A stretch of DNA of 64,000 nucleotides from Eledone cirrhosa (lineage: Eukaryota): NCBI GenBank assembly GCA_964016885.1, contig OZ024746.1:15624001-15688000 (forward strand), read 5' to 3'. This document shows, in pieces, positions 40,280 through 51,630 of the stretch (within the stretch, counting starts at the first letter, position 1; every line of letters starts with the position of its first letter). The notes beneath the pieces are model-generated. The model was not told the DNA's origin and ran no database searches. It was given only the letters and a program-made list of their open reading frames with translations. The position numbers and the translations under genes are program-made.

Positions 40280-42643
40280 ATGGCTTCCAACGAGCGTGAT
40301 CTAGTTGAGCGTCTTCTGCGACAGTCCATTCTGACATTGTGTCGAGAGACAATCTCATATCAACACAGTTTAGAAGTAGATGGGATTGTTTGTATCACTC
40401 CAGAAAATGAAAACCAACAAATTGTCATTAAAGTTCATGAGCAAATTCCGAAGATAGGAAGCTTGGATAATTCATTTATTAAACATGAAACCCCCAAAAC
40501 TTACCACAACCCACGAAATGAACGCTTTGAGGCTATGTTTACATCAGCCTCTTTCTGCTCAAATTATTCATCAAAAGACACACGGGATAGTAATACACTT
40601 GGTGATACTAAAGGGGACCATAAGGCAATAATTAATGGACATAGCTCCCTTCATGAATCTGCAGACATTAGCCAGAGTGTTGACAATTCTTCACGACAGA
40701 ACACGCCAATATTGCAAAATAGACGGGAGAAAGAAAAGCTGGGAATGAGTTCTAATAATAGCTCAAGTTTTAATCGAGAAAATATTGATGAAAGTTGCTT
40801 GAATCATTCAATGGTATCGTCAAATACTTCATTAACAGTGAGTAATCTCAGTAACACTCCTACCAGCCTTAATGATTATTCCTCCAACTTACTGATGAAC
40901 ATGTCTGCTAGTACCCCAACTTCCATTCCATGTAAACGCTGTGACATTGTTCTGCCAGATGCTCATACTTTTGAAAAACATAACCTTGCCGAACATTCAG
41001 TTTTTACCTGCAATATTTGTTACAGGACATTCACTGCCCGTAACAACCTGAAACGCCACATTCGACTCCATACAGGCTACAAACCATACACGTGCAATAT
41101 CTGCTCCAGCAGTTTTACACGGAAAGATGATTTGAAATTCCATCTGTTAAAGCATAATTATGATAAGCCATACCGTTGCAACCAGTGTGGAAAGGGTTAC
41201 ATGGATCGGTCATGCCTGGCTAATCATATGTTGAATGAACACAGCTGTAAGTTGATGCATGTCTGTCCACAGTGTGGTGAAGGGTTCAACAATACACACA
41301 TGTTCATGGAGCACAAGAAAAGTCATCCGGAACTAAAAGAATTTCAGTGTAGATTGTGTAACTTTACAGGAATCAACTCCCTAATGTACCAAAAACATAT
41401 GCTGACTCACGGCCACAAAAAGACCTACCGTTGCGATCCTTGTGATCTGAATTTTGAGGAACCATTTAACTATACAATCCATTTAAAGCGGCACAGAATA
41501 GATTCGTCCTTTTCTTCTTACATATGTTGTTTCTGTGACAATAAACTACCAACCTACAAACAGTTCATTCGGCATGAGCACTCCCATGCCCAGAATAAAG
41601 CCCATGCCTGTCAGTTCTGTAACAAACAATTCCGCTACCCTTCTAATCTCCGCGAGCACATGGTGGTGCATGAGCCAAATGCAGATGCGGATGTATCACA
41701 GCAATACTGGTGCACTGAATGTAACCAAGGATTTGTCTCTGAAGAGCTGCTACGCTGCCATATTGAAATACATGAGGTGAATACAAAGAAAGAACCTGTC
41801 GACTCGAAAGCTGGTTTAAGCAACTCAATCACAAATGGAGAGTCTTTCCTCAGTGGTCAATTGAAAGTAGAGGAAGCAGATTCATCAAATAATAAGCCAC
41901 CAGATTTGGGTGATGAGAATGATATCGAGATGGCTGAGACACAAGAATTTGGTGGTGCTGCATCTGGGATAGATGCTGAGGAAGATTCGAATTTAATTAT
42001 TAATGAAGAAAGTGAAGAAAACCAAGCCAGGTCATCTGAGGAGCTATTTCCTCGGCCACTATCCAATGGAGATATCAATATCAAGCAGGAATATCCTGAT
42101 GATTATGACGACAGTACTGGAAGCAGCGCTACTTCAGATGTTGTAAACCTCTCTGATTCTGTTAAAAACTCTGAAAACCAGAAAGAATTAAGTCCCTCTT
42201 CACCAATGTCAGAATCTAAAGTAAATCGCAACACGTTTTGCGGAACTAGACCTTCCTGTTTTGAACGTGTCGTGACCCCTGAAATTCTTTTCCGCAATAA
42301 TGTCCCCTTCACTTGCAAAGGCTGTGGCGAAGTATACAATGACTTTGATGGCTTTGAGTCGCACAGTACGGTGGTACATCGGCGGTATGTGTGTGAGTAC
42401 TGTGGCAAAATATTCACTTCGAAACCAAACCGAGAGCGCCATGTTCGTTACCACACCGGTGAACGGCCATATCGGTGTGACCTCTGTGGACAATCATTCT
42501 TCAGAGGAGATGACCTCAAATATCACCGTACCACGCGCCACTCAGATGTTCGTCCATTCAAATGTAAAATTTGTTCATTGTATTTCTCCTGGCCGAAGGA
42601 TTTGAATCGGCATCTTAAGACTCACTGCATCACTGAAGTTTGA
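40280..42643 (+). CDS. Multi-C2H2 zinc-finger protein (787 aa, 14 fingers), single coding exon
   Basis: Uninterrupted non-repetitive ORF. 10 C-x2-C-x12-H-x3/4-H fingers at ~40931-41773 and 4 at ~42314-42625, with TGYKPY/TGERPY linkers, an acidic spacer and psiKxE motifs (IKHE, LKVE, IKQE). ATG in good context (atcATGg). Frame is open back to the acceptor, so an upstream coding exon is not excluded. Confidence 0.95.
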   Translation: MASNERDLVERLLRQSILTLCRETISYQHSLEVDGIVCITPENENQQIVIKVHEQIPKIGSLDNSFIKHETPKTYHNPRNERFEAMFTSASFCSNYSSKDTRDSNTLGDTKGDHKAIINGHSSLHESADISQSVDNSSRQNTPILQNRREKEKLGMSSNNSSSFNRENIDESCLNHSMVSSNTSLTVSNLSNTPTSLNDYSSNLLMNMSASTPTSIPCKRCDIVLPDAHTFEKHNLAEHSVFTCNICYRTFTARNNLKRHIRLHTGYKPYTCNICSSSFTRKDDLKFHLLKHNYDKPYRCNQCGKGYMDRSCLANHMLNEHSCKLMHVCPQCGEGFNNTHMFMEHKKSHPELKEFQCRLCNFTGINSLMYQKHMLTHGHKKTYRCDPCDLNFEEPFNYTIHLKRHRIDSSFSSYICCFCDNKLPTYKQFIRHEHSHAQNKAHACQFCNKQFRYPSNLREHMVVHEPNADADVSQQYWCTECNQGFVSEELLRCHIEIHEVNTKKEPVDSKAGLSNSITNGESFLSGQLKVEEADSSNNKPPDLGDENDIEMAETQEFGGAASGIDAEEDSNLIINEESEENQARSSEELFPRPLSNGDINIKQEYPDDYDDSTGSSATSDVVNLSDSVKNSENQKELSPSSPMSESKVNRNTFCGTRPSCFERVVTPEILFRNNVPFTCKGCGEVYNDFDGFESHSTVVHRRYVCEYCGKIFTSKPNRERHVRYHTGERPYRCDLCGQSFFRGDDLKYHRTTRHSDVRPFKCKICSLYFSWPKDLNRHLKTHCITEV

Positions 42644-42682
42644 AAATTATTTTTTTAATAATTCATTTCAACTAGTTACTTT

Positions 42683-42905
42683 TCTGTGTGTGTGTCAGTA
42701 TGTGAGGTAGAGAATGTGTGTGTGTCAGTATGTGAGGTAGAGAATGTGTGTGTCAGTATGTGAAGTAGAGAATGTGTGTGTCAGTATGTGAGGTAGAGAA
42801 TGTGTGTGTGTCAGTATGTGAGATAGAGAATGTGTGTGTCAGTATATGAGGTAGAGAATGTGTGTGTGTCAGTATATGAGGTAGAGAATGTGTATGTATG
42901 TGAGA
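42683..42905. repeat. ~28-32 bp tandem repeat at the start of the 3' UTR
   Basis: (gt)n cagtatgtgaggtagagaat repeated about 7 times, ~40 nt after the stop codon. Confidence 0.9.
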
Positions 42906-45900
42906 GACAAAGGGATTGTGTGTGGCAGTAAAAACTGCTTTAAAGTGTTTGTTATAACCAACCATCACAGTTTTTGTCTCCATTTCTATAGAAATGTTGG
43001 TTGAGTCAGCTAATTTGGGCCTTAGATTTTTAAACTTTTACCTACCATTAACCTTTCCCCTGGATGTGTCACTGCCGGTACAATAGAAGGGGCAGTTTAC
43101 TCGAAGCTATCTGGTTATTAATTAAACTACATCACATTTTAAGCTGTATCCCTTTAAAATATCTTTGCATTTGGGTAATTCATTTAAGATATATTTTCCA
43201 AATATCAACTTTATAATATATATATATAGGTAAAGATATTGTAGTAAGTACAGTAGATTAACAGTCATTAGAACATCAGGCAAAATGCTTATCAGTATTT
43301 ATTCTGGCTCTTTGTTTAAATCCCACTACAGTTAACTTTACCTTTAATCTTTCTGAGGTCAATATAATTGACTTTCTCCTTTTCCCTAAAGTAGAAACAA
43401 ATATTAAGATGGTGGCTAATGTAAATGAAATACCATAAAGCATTCTCTATTGTTCCTTTATGTTTTGAGCTTAAATCCTGTCCAATCCAACTTTGCCCTT
43501 CATCACCCAAGGGTCAATAAAATAAGTACCAATCAGGTCTTTAAATTACTTTATTTCTCCCCCATCCTACTTCCAACTCCCAAATTTCTGCCCTGAGGGT
43601 AAGCTCAACAAGATAAGTAATACCAATCAGGACTATTTAAATATTAAAATGACTTTATTTTCCCCTCCCCCACACCTGAGTCCCAAATTTCTGCCGGGGG
43701 CAATAAGTACCAATCAAGTCTATTATGATTTTATCTCTACCCCACACCCAGACCTCATATTTTTGCCAATACAAGAAACTATGAACATGAAAGAATGACG
43801 GTTTGTGGTATTTAGTTACATCCCTTTGCTTCTTATCTTCTCTAGTTAGTAAGTAGCAGTTATTTACTAGGGTTGTTCAGCTATAGTCCCTTCTTTATAA
43901 ATCTATGGCCTTGTGTCCATTTAAGATATCACCATTATCATTATTAAGATATAAATTTCTATACATGGCATTTATCTTTTCCATAATTTATCAAGAAAAA
44001 ATATATTTAAAGAGATCTTATCCTAATTTGTATTTTATTTTTTAATTAATTTATGGGGTTAGCCAACCACCCCCTAACCCGTCCCCATCCAGTTCTATAG
44101 GCTCAATTTGAAATTCCTATTTTTGGTGCTCTGGTGGTTGCTAACTTTCCATAAATTGCCCATCCACTTACCATTCCAGGCAGCTGTAAAAGATATAAAA
44201 CAAAACATCAATATATAAATATATATATATTTTTTTCATAATTATATTGTATGCATGTGTGTATGAACCATTTTAGCTTTGACACACTCAATTTCTTGGT
44301 TACATTATTGTTTCTATGCCATGAAGACTACCTTCCAAGCCCACTTTTCAAAACATTTTACACAGGGCATGAGTTATTTCTTTCATTTTTTAAAAATTTG
44401 ATTGATTTTTTTTTTTTTTCTTTTCTTTTTTTTTTTCTGCTGAGGAATTGTGTTAATAATATTTAGAGACAACTGAAATAATTAAAATGACGGAAATATA
44501 ACAACAGAAATTAGAGTGTCACCTTTTAATATATTTCTACATAATGATGATGATGGTGATCTTTTCTCAGTTATCATTGATGTAGTTGTTGTTTACACCT
44601 CATCACTTCGATGTTTCAAACTTAGTGGATTTTTTTTAAATATACTTTAATTTTTTTTTTTTTGCTTTGTTTTTTTAAATTATGTTCTGTGTTATTTTTC
44701 TTAGGTCAGTCCCCACCCCTACATTAAAAAAAAATGAAATACAATTGTATAAACAATAACTTTCAATCATCTGAAGACCAAAGAAAAATTGATGACTTAT
44801 TGGATCACAAGGGTTTTAAATTGCAGGGGTTGCTTATATCCTACTGCCATGGAACTCAAGTCTTTAGATATATCTGAGGGTTCTAAATTGTAGGGGTTGC
44901 CAATAGCCTGCTGCTATCTTTCAGTCACAGTTCAGCTGCGTGACTGATGTGTATATTATATACATGGCCTAATCTGATATTTTTCAGAGTAACATATCAG
45001 ATATTTTTACCTGGGCTTTCCAATAATATATGGCCTTTGTATGTGTGTGCGGGAGGTGGGGATTTAAACTCGGATAGATAGATGTATTTAGAAATCTGTT
45101 ATTGGAACATAATTGTTTCAGTAGAATGCGTAGCTGTATACATTTTAGATAGTAGTTGATAAAATAATGCTTGCCCTTAAAACCACCCAGCCCCTTTTTC
45201 CAAATGTAGAAAAGCTGTGAAAGTAAACCACATGATCGTACTTCAGAAATGTTCTTGTACCATCCATCTAAATTTATGATTGAGGAGATAATTTATCTGC
45301 TAACTGCTCAGTTGAGCTTGGTTCAATTGTACCTACCTTCAGTTTGATAAACTAAGTTAAGCAAGTATGGCTAACTTGATAAGTTTCATATCTATCACCT
45401 TACCTTTTGGAAGTATTAACCATTTGAAATTCAAATTTGACCATGTATATTCCACTACAGCTGGTTTCTGTGTCCCCCAACGACGCGTAAAATAGACCGT
45501 CCACTGTTCAAACTTGATTAACTAGTATTGCTGCAGCCAACTAGAGTTTTGCATCAGTTTTAGTGATGTAGGTGCCACCTACTAAAAGATAAGTTGATTT
45601 ATTAGTTGTATTATTTTTGTTAATTAGTAATTTTTCCAAAGAATTTGTAAATTAATATGCCAATCCACATACTGTCATAGAGGAGTCTACAAACTTCATT
45701 TTTGCTTGGTTCCACTATTACTAATACCTTTTTTTCTCTTTTACACTTTTATACCATTTGCATCCAAACTACCATTTGGGCTTGGGTTGGGTTGGATATT
45801 CATGCAAATACTCATTTGCACAAATTTTCTTAGTGTTCACTGTTTTAACACAATTAATGCATGTCTTCCTTTTCATGTAAACCTATTGTAAAGAGTCATT

Positions 45901-46810
45901 GTCCAATTGTTCTGGCTCAAAATTCTCTGAAACTTGAACCAAACTCTGACAGTGCTCTTGAATTAATTTGTCTTGTTTTCACATAAGGATTTAAAACCTT
46001 CCTTCATCTCCAGAGTTTCTCTTCACAGCCCTACTGTTTTGTACACATTAATATATTCTATAAGTTCTTTGATTTCTTTGGTGCTGTATTTAGAATTCCA
46101 AGACCTGGAAAAAGAATGGAAAGGGTCATACAAACAAATTTCTAGGATTCAAGAGTCAAATAGAATTGGTGCCTTTATTTTATTTTTAATACTGAAATTG
46201 TTTTAGAAAAAAAAAACCTGATGAATGCTGTGCAAAAATATTTTTAAAAATGATTTGAAATTCTTCACTTTAAGTGCCTTGTGTATAATAATGTATATAC
46301 ACACACAACACACACGTGTGTGTGTGTCTGAATATTCCCCAGCACTGTCATAGTGCCAAAGAGATGTCTTCAGCTTTATGCCATATTCCTCCTGGCAAGA
46401 AAGTCTGTTAATTCTCTCAACAATATCCTTTGCCTACAGTTACAGTCTTCTAAGGTGAAAATGGGCTTTGTTGTTGTTGTTGTTGCTCTAACGGAATATG
46501 CAGATATTTGAGATGTTGACTGTCGTCAACAATTTTATACTTTATATAATAATGATATATATGCGTTTGTGTGATATATATAGCTTGTGGCTGAATGGTA
46601 AGAGAATTGGATTTGCAATCGTGAGGTTGTGAGTTTGATTCCTGGACCGGGCGATGCGTTATGTCCTTGAGCAAGACACTTTATTTCACGTTGCTACTTC
46701 TACCTGGAGTTGCGACCGGTAGAAAGTATCAACACTTTGAAAGACCAACAGAAGAAACATTGTTTCCTCGGTCCGATTTGACGAAAGTTGATCGACTGTT
46801 GATGTATATA

Positions 46811-46858
<48 letters not shown>

Positions 46859-46862
46859 TACA

Positions 46863-47006
46863 GATGAGGGGCTGCTGAAAAGTTCCTGGTTTTGGTAAAA
46901 GAAATTATTGCAGAAGTCCTTCAGTTTTTCTAAGCCCTATAAAAAGAATTTGGAAAGTTGGGCCTCCAGCTAGGCCCCTGTAGCAGCGATCGAGCCAGGA
47001 ATTTAT
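46863..47006. mobile_element. mariner-type MITE remnant
   Basis: gaggggctgctgaaaagttcctgg at the start and ccaggaattt at the end, between microsatellites. Confidence 0.4.
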
Positions 47007-47008
47007 CC

Positions 47009-47044
<36 letters not shown>

Positions 47045-47229
47045 GACACATACGCATTTCAATAAAAATGAAATATAAGAAATATAGCATATATCCAAAA
47101 AAGTGTTTGCATTCTTTCTCATTTTCACACATATACACACACTTACACACATATACACACGCTTACACACACATATCACAAGTTTCTTGAGAAATTCCAT
47201 TTTTTCTTATAATGTTACAAATATATATA

Positions 47230-47272
<43 letters not shown>

Positions 47273-47682
47273 ATATATATATATGTGTGTATATATATAT
47301 GTATCAGAAGTGACACGTCCAAACATATTTCCTTATGGTGCCTTTCCCCCCCCCCCCCTCCCCTCCCATTCTGCCAATTATATTTACCATTCCAAAATAT
47401 TTTTTTACCATAAAAAAAGAGAAAAAAAAAACAAAATTTGATTTAATTCCCTCCTCCCCTCTCTTTTTCTTCCCTTCTGTCAACCTTTTCAATAATTAGA
47501 CTATCATCCCCACCCTTACTTCCTAGTTCAGTAATTACCCTATCACCACCTCCTCCCAGTTGCACAGTGCTGAAGCATTCCAGTCTTCTACCATTCCATT
47601 TTGTTTCCTACCTAATCAAAAATATATCCAACATTGTGTGAAGATGGCATGGATTTTCAATTTTTCTAAAATAATGCGATTC

Positions 47683-47713
<31 letters not shown>

Positions 47714-49358
47714 TAAATGCTATACCATAGCCAATGATGTTTATCCGAGGTGTGGTTATTGCTAGTTGAAAATTATTCATGATATTACTATTACAGAGAG
47801 GCAGTACCATAGCCTATGAGGGTTATCTGAGGCATGGTTATTGCTAGTTGATTATTATTGTTATTATTACTATTATTATTGTAGCACGTGCAAGTGCCAT
47901 GAAGTAGGTTGTAAGCCATGTCTACAGCTCCTTCATTGATTCCCGGTTAGAACTGTTTCACACATACCATTGGTAAATTGCCCTTGGGAAAGGCATGGAT
48001 GACAAAACTTCCCATTTCCATCCCATCCCCTATATTAAGAAACCTTTAATATTCTTCTTCTATAATGTCAGACATTGAAATCTGTATCTGTGGTCAAAAT
48101 ACAATCGTATGCTTTGGTTTCTAGTTGCCAAAATAAATATGTTATATTATTATATCAAGAAACTTGCTGATAACTTGAAAGAGGGCAGAGGTGCTGTGAT
48201 ATCCATACATAGATACCTATAAAAAGTGTTGTTTAACACTGAATCTAGTTTATTTTTGATTATTTTCCTTTTTTTTTTTTTTTTTTTTTTTTTTTCTTTA
48301 CCTTGTTTTTCTGTTTTCAATTCTTGGTTCCTCAGTGCTGTGAATACCTGCAGGAATAAATAACATTATTATTATTATTATTAGCATGGTGTGTGTTGTG
48401 GTGTTAATCATTTCACAAATAATAATTATAAAAAAACTGTTGGATTTTGAGTTTTTAGAATTATAGCCCAATAGTTTTAAATTTTGCTGGCCATTTTTCT
48501 TCTTTTTTTTTTGTGTTGTGTTGTGTAATCCTTGAAGGATTTTTATGGTGATGATAATGATGATGATATTATATGTAAACATCTTAAAGAGACAATAATT
48601 ATGGCTAAAGATGTTGTTTCATGGCACCTGCCATTAATCTAGTTCATCTAGATGTTTGCTTACCTGGTTGAAATTTTATGTATAAAGTGAATGGCCTCCT
48701 TCTTATTTCTCCTTCTCTCCCCAACCTTGAAGATTTTGTGTGATTTTAGCTTTCACTGCTTAACCTGTTATTACTACTAATATCAATAATGATAACACCA
48801 CCACTGTCTCGGACAACTAAAGCTACAGGTTCCACTATTATATAGAAAACAAGACAACAATATTAGAAGCAGCTCCAATCCATGGCTGTTCAATTCTCAT
48901 TGGTGTCATGTGATTTATCTGTTGGTCCCTAATTCCTCAATTTCCAAATTTTTCTCTTCGAATTACTTAGAAAGTAATTTCATTGATTTAGATGAAGTCC
49001 CTATTCTCTATTCCACTTAACTACTGCAAACATTGGTTAATTTATTATTATTATTATAACAAGGACTGTCTGTCCTACTGTTGAGTTTTTACTGTTTCAA
49101 TAGCCAATAAAAATCTTTATAATATTTACATTCTTCTTTTCTATAGAATAAGAGGTAAGAGAACTAAGTTAAATCATGATCTTATTGGTCTTAACTAGTA
49201 ATATCTCATCCACTTTTCTCTCTATCTATCTCTCTCTCTCTCTGTATACACACACACAGTGTTCCCAAAATGTATACACATTTCAACAGCATTCTAATAA
49301 ATATCGCCTGTACAGGTAATCAAAGTGTGTATGCATTCTTTGCAACACCCTGTATATA

Positions 49359-49412
<54 letters not shown>

Positions 49413-49871
49413 TAATCTTCATTATTTGTCCTCTCTGGTCTTCTCATAAGCTTCTAATATAATTACATTACCTGCCTATTGTAACATTCTAATCTGTTTA
49501 AATATATTTCATTACCATCTATCATGTTGGAACCTTGATTTGCCCTAATAGAGTTTGCTAACTTTTAATTCCAACCCTAAATTCCACTTCTTAAATCTGG
49601 TGCTATATTACAAAGTTAGCTGTTGTCTTGGTGTGTTATTCTCTTCTTTGCCCCCCACCATCTCCAATTCCTTGTTTTTACTATAATTTACCCCGGCTCC
49701 CCATCCTCCTTCTCCCCCCTCCAACTTCACCTAGCTTGTTATCTGGACCACAAAAACTATTTGTGAGAAAAAAAAAAAAAGAAAAATGAAATAACAAAAG
49801 AAAAAGTTAGAAAAAAAAAGACATTGCTAAGTTGCCATTGGATAATGTTTTTAATGAAATAGTTTAACAAA

Positions 49872-49925
49872 AATAAATAATAAACAATTATACAAAAGTG
49901 TTAATGACTTGTTTATGTGAAATTG
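49872..49925 (+). terminator. Candidate polyadenylation signal
   Basis: AATAAA at 49872 and 49879 after an A-rich stretch, followed by GT/T-rich sequence (ttgtttatgtg); near the end of the CpG-poor domain. Confidence 0.35.
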
Positions 49926-50105
49926 TAAACTTTACAATATATACTTGTCTGTCTGTCTGTCGAGTGGTGTATTTATGTTGTCAGATATACAGCAAGGCAT
50001 TGATCGATATTTGCCAATGAATGTTGTGTGTGTTTTGCTTTTTTTTTACTGGTTACAACCAGTAGGATATGTCTGTTGTGGATGTCAATCTTTCGTGCAT
50101 GTGTA

Positions 50106-50136
<31 letters not shown>

Positions 50137-50714
50137 TTATATATATGAGAGTTTCTTTAGTAGTCTGTTAGAAGTTTCCTCAATCTTTTCTTGTCAGGGG
50201 AACCGACCAGGTGTTGATTCTCAAATGAAAGTCCACTAGGTCATCCTAAATAAGCTACCGGGTTACAAGTACTTTTTCTCGTGTTCACTGTGTGTGTGTC
50301 AGAGAGAGAGAGAAGTGGAAAAAACAGCATGTTGGTGGATGGACATCAAAGTTGGTCTCTGTCTCTTTAATATTGGTGTTGGTCTATATGATATCCAATA
50401 TTGTTGATCTCCATGTTGACCCATATAATTTGCAGTATTGAGATGTTGGTCGATATCTTGTCCAATATTGGAGTTGTTTTGTATCTTATTCAATATTGTT
50501 GACCTATATCGTCTGCAGTGTTGGAGTTGGTTTGTATCTTATCCCATATTGGTGTTGGTTGATATGTTCTACAATTCGTATATGGTCATAAATCATTGGA
50601 TTGAGAGGGAGAGGCAGTTTTTGTCGGTTGATATTTATGGTGGATGGCAGGTTAGTGATGTGTTTAAATTGATTGAAAGACACAGACATATATTTATATA
50701 GTGACATTACCATC

Positions 50715-51210
50715 ACGTCCAGTGAAGACGTGGTACCTACCCTGAGCTCCACCCCAGGGAGGGAGCAGCAGTGACGGAGTAAATAGCCAACAAAGATCTA
50801 ATCTGAGGGAGGCGGGGGTACGTCTGCTTCTGTTCATTACTGTTCTAATGAACAGTCTGCTGCGTGTCAACCTCGCCCGTTACCTTCTATTCTTAGCTAA
50901 CCTAACTAACGAAGATATCCATCCAATGCAGTGAGGGACACCTTGCGGCTATGATAGCCTACATGTTTGTATTTGATGACCTGACCGAGGTATTAAGCCT
51001 TGTCTAACTCACTGGGAGTTAAGTGTGGATGTGAGGCGGCTGCTGATGCAGCTAAGCATTTCATTGGGCACACGTCTCCTTCACCTCGCCTCTTAATACA
51101 GCTGGACATGCGAAACACCTTCGACAGCGTTAGGTGGGATCACATCTTACAGACATGTCTAATACGTGTTCTCTCGATACTCTCTCCTATGGGACACCTA
51201 GCACACCTAT
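50715..51210 (+). pseudogene. CRE-like non-LTR retrotransposon RT fragment
   Basis: LGVKCGCEAAADAAKHF...LIQLDMRNTFDSVRWDHIL resembles QLGVG..GGCEAAVHA...KLDFxNAFNSVRRD; a frameshifted IHPIAV-TLR-like motif lies upstream. Confidence 0.65.
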
Positions 51211-51227
51211 GACTGCTGACAACAAGG

Positions 51228-51630
51228 TCACTTTTCGGAACGATAAAAGGCAAAGTTGACCTGGGCGAAATTCGAAACAAGAACGCAGAGGCTCGTAACG
51301 AAATACAACAAAGCATTTCATCCAATGCACTAACGATTCTGCCAATAAAATGTGGTTTTGATATTTATCCTTTTCTCACGAGGAATGTATGATCTCGTAG
51401 CTCCTAATGGAGTCGTAGTGGCGTAGCCTGTCCCTCACCAGGTCTGAACGCAGCAGATTTCTTCCAGAGAAAGGTAGGAAGTGAGCGATATAGAGGAAGA
51501 ATCGACCCCAGTACTTGACAGGTACTTTTTTTATCGACTTTAAAAGGATGAAAGGCAAAGTTGAACTCGGAGAGCCGGGACGAGACGAATACTGCAGAGC
51601 ATACGATCCTACGACTCACTTCGTCGCCTC
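51228..51630 (-). mobile_element. Two Meta-type SINE copies (51228-51345 and 51498-51630)
   Basis: aaaggcaaagttgacctgggcgaaattcgaa and atcgaccccagtacttgacaggtacttttttatcgactttaaaaggatgaaaggcaaagt. Confidence 0.7.

Noticed and set aside
41535-42605. Short alternative-frame and antisense ORFs within the ZNF exon
   Set aside because: Shadows of the real CDS with no independent protein features
50299-50752. Overlapping short ORFs in a GT-skewed stretch
   Set aside because: No recognisable motif; probably a decayed repeat that I could not classify
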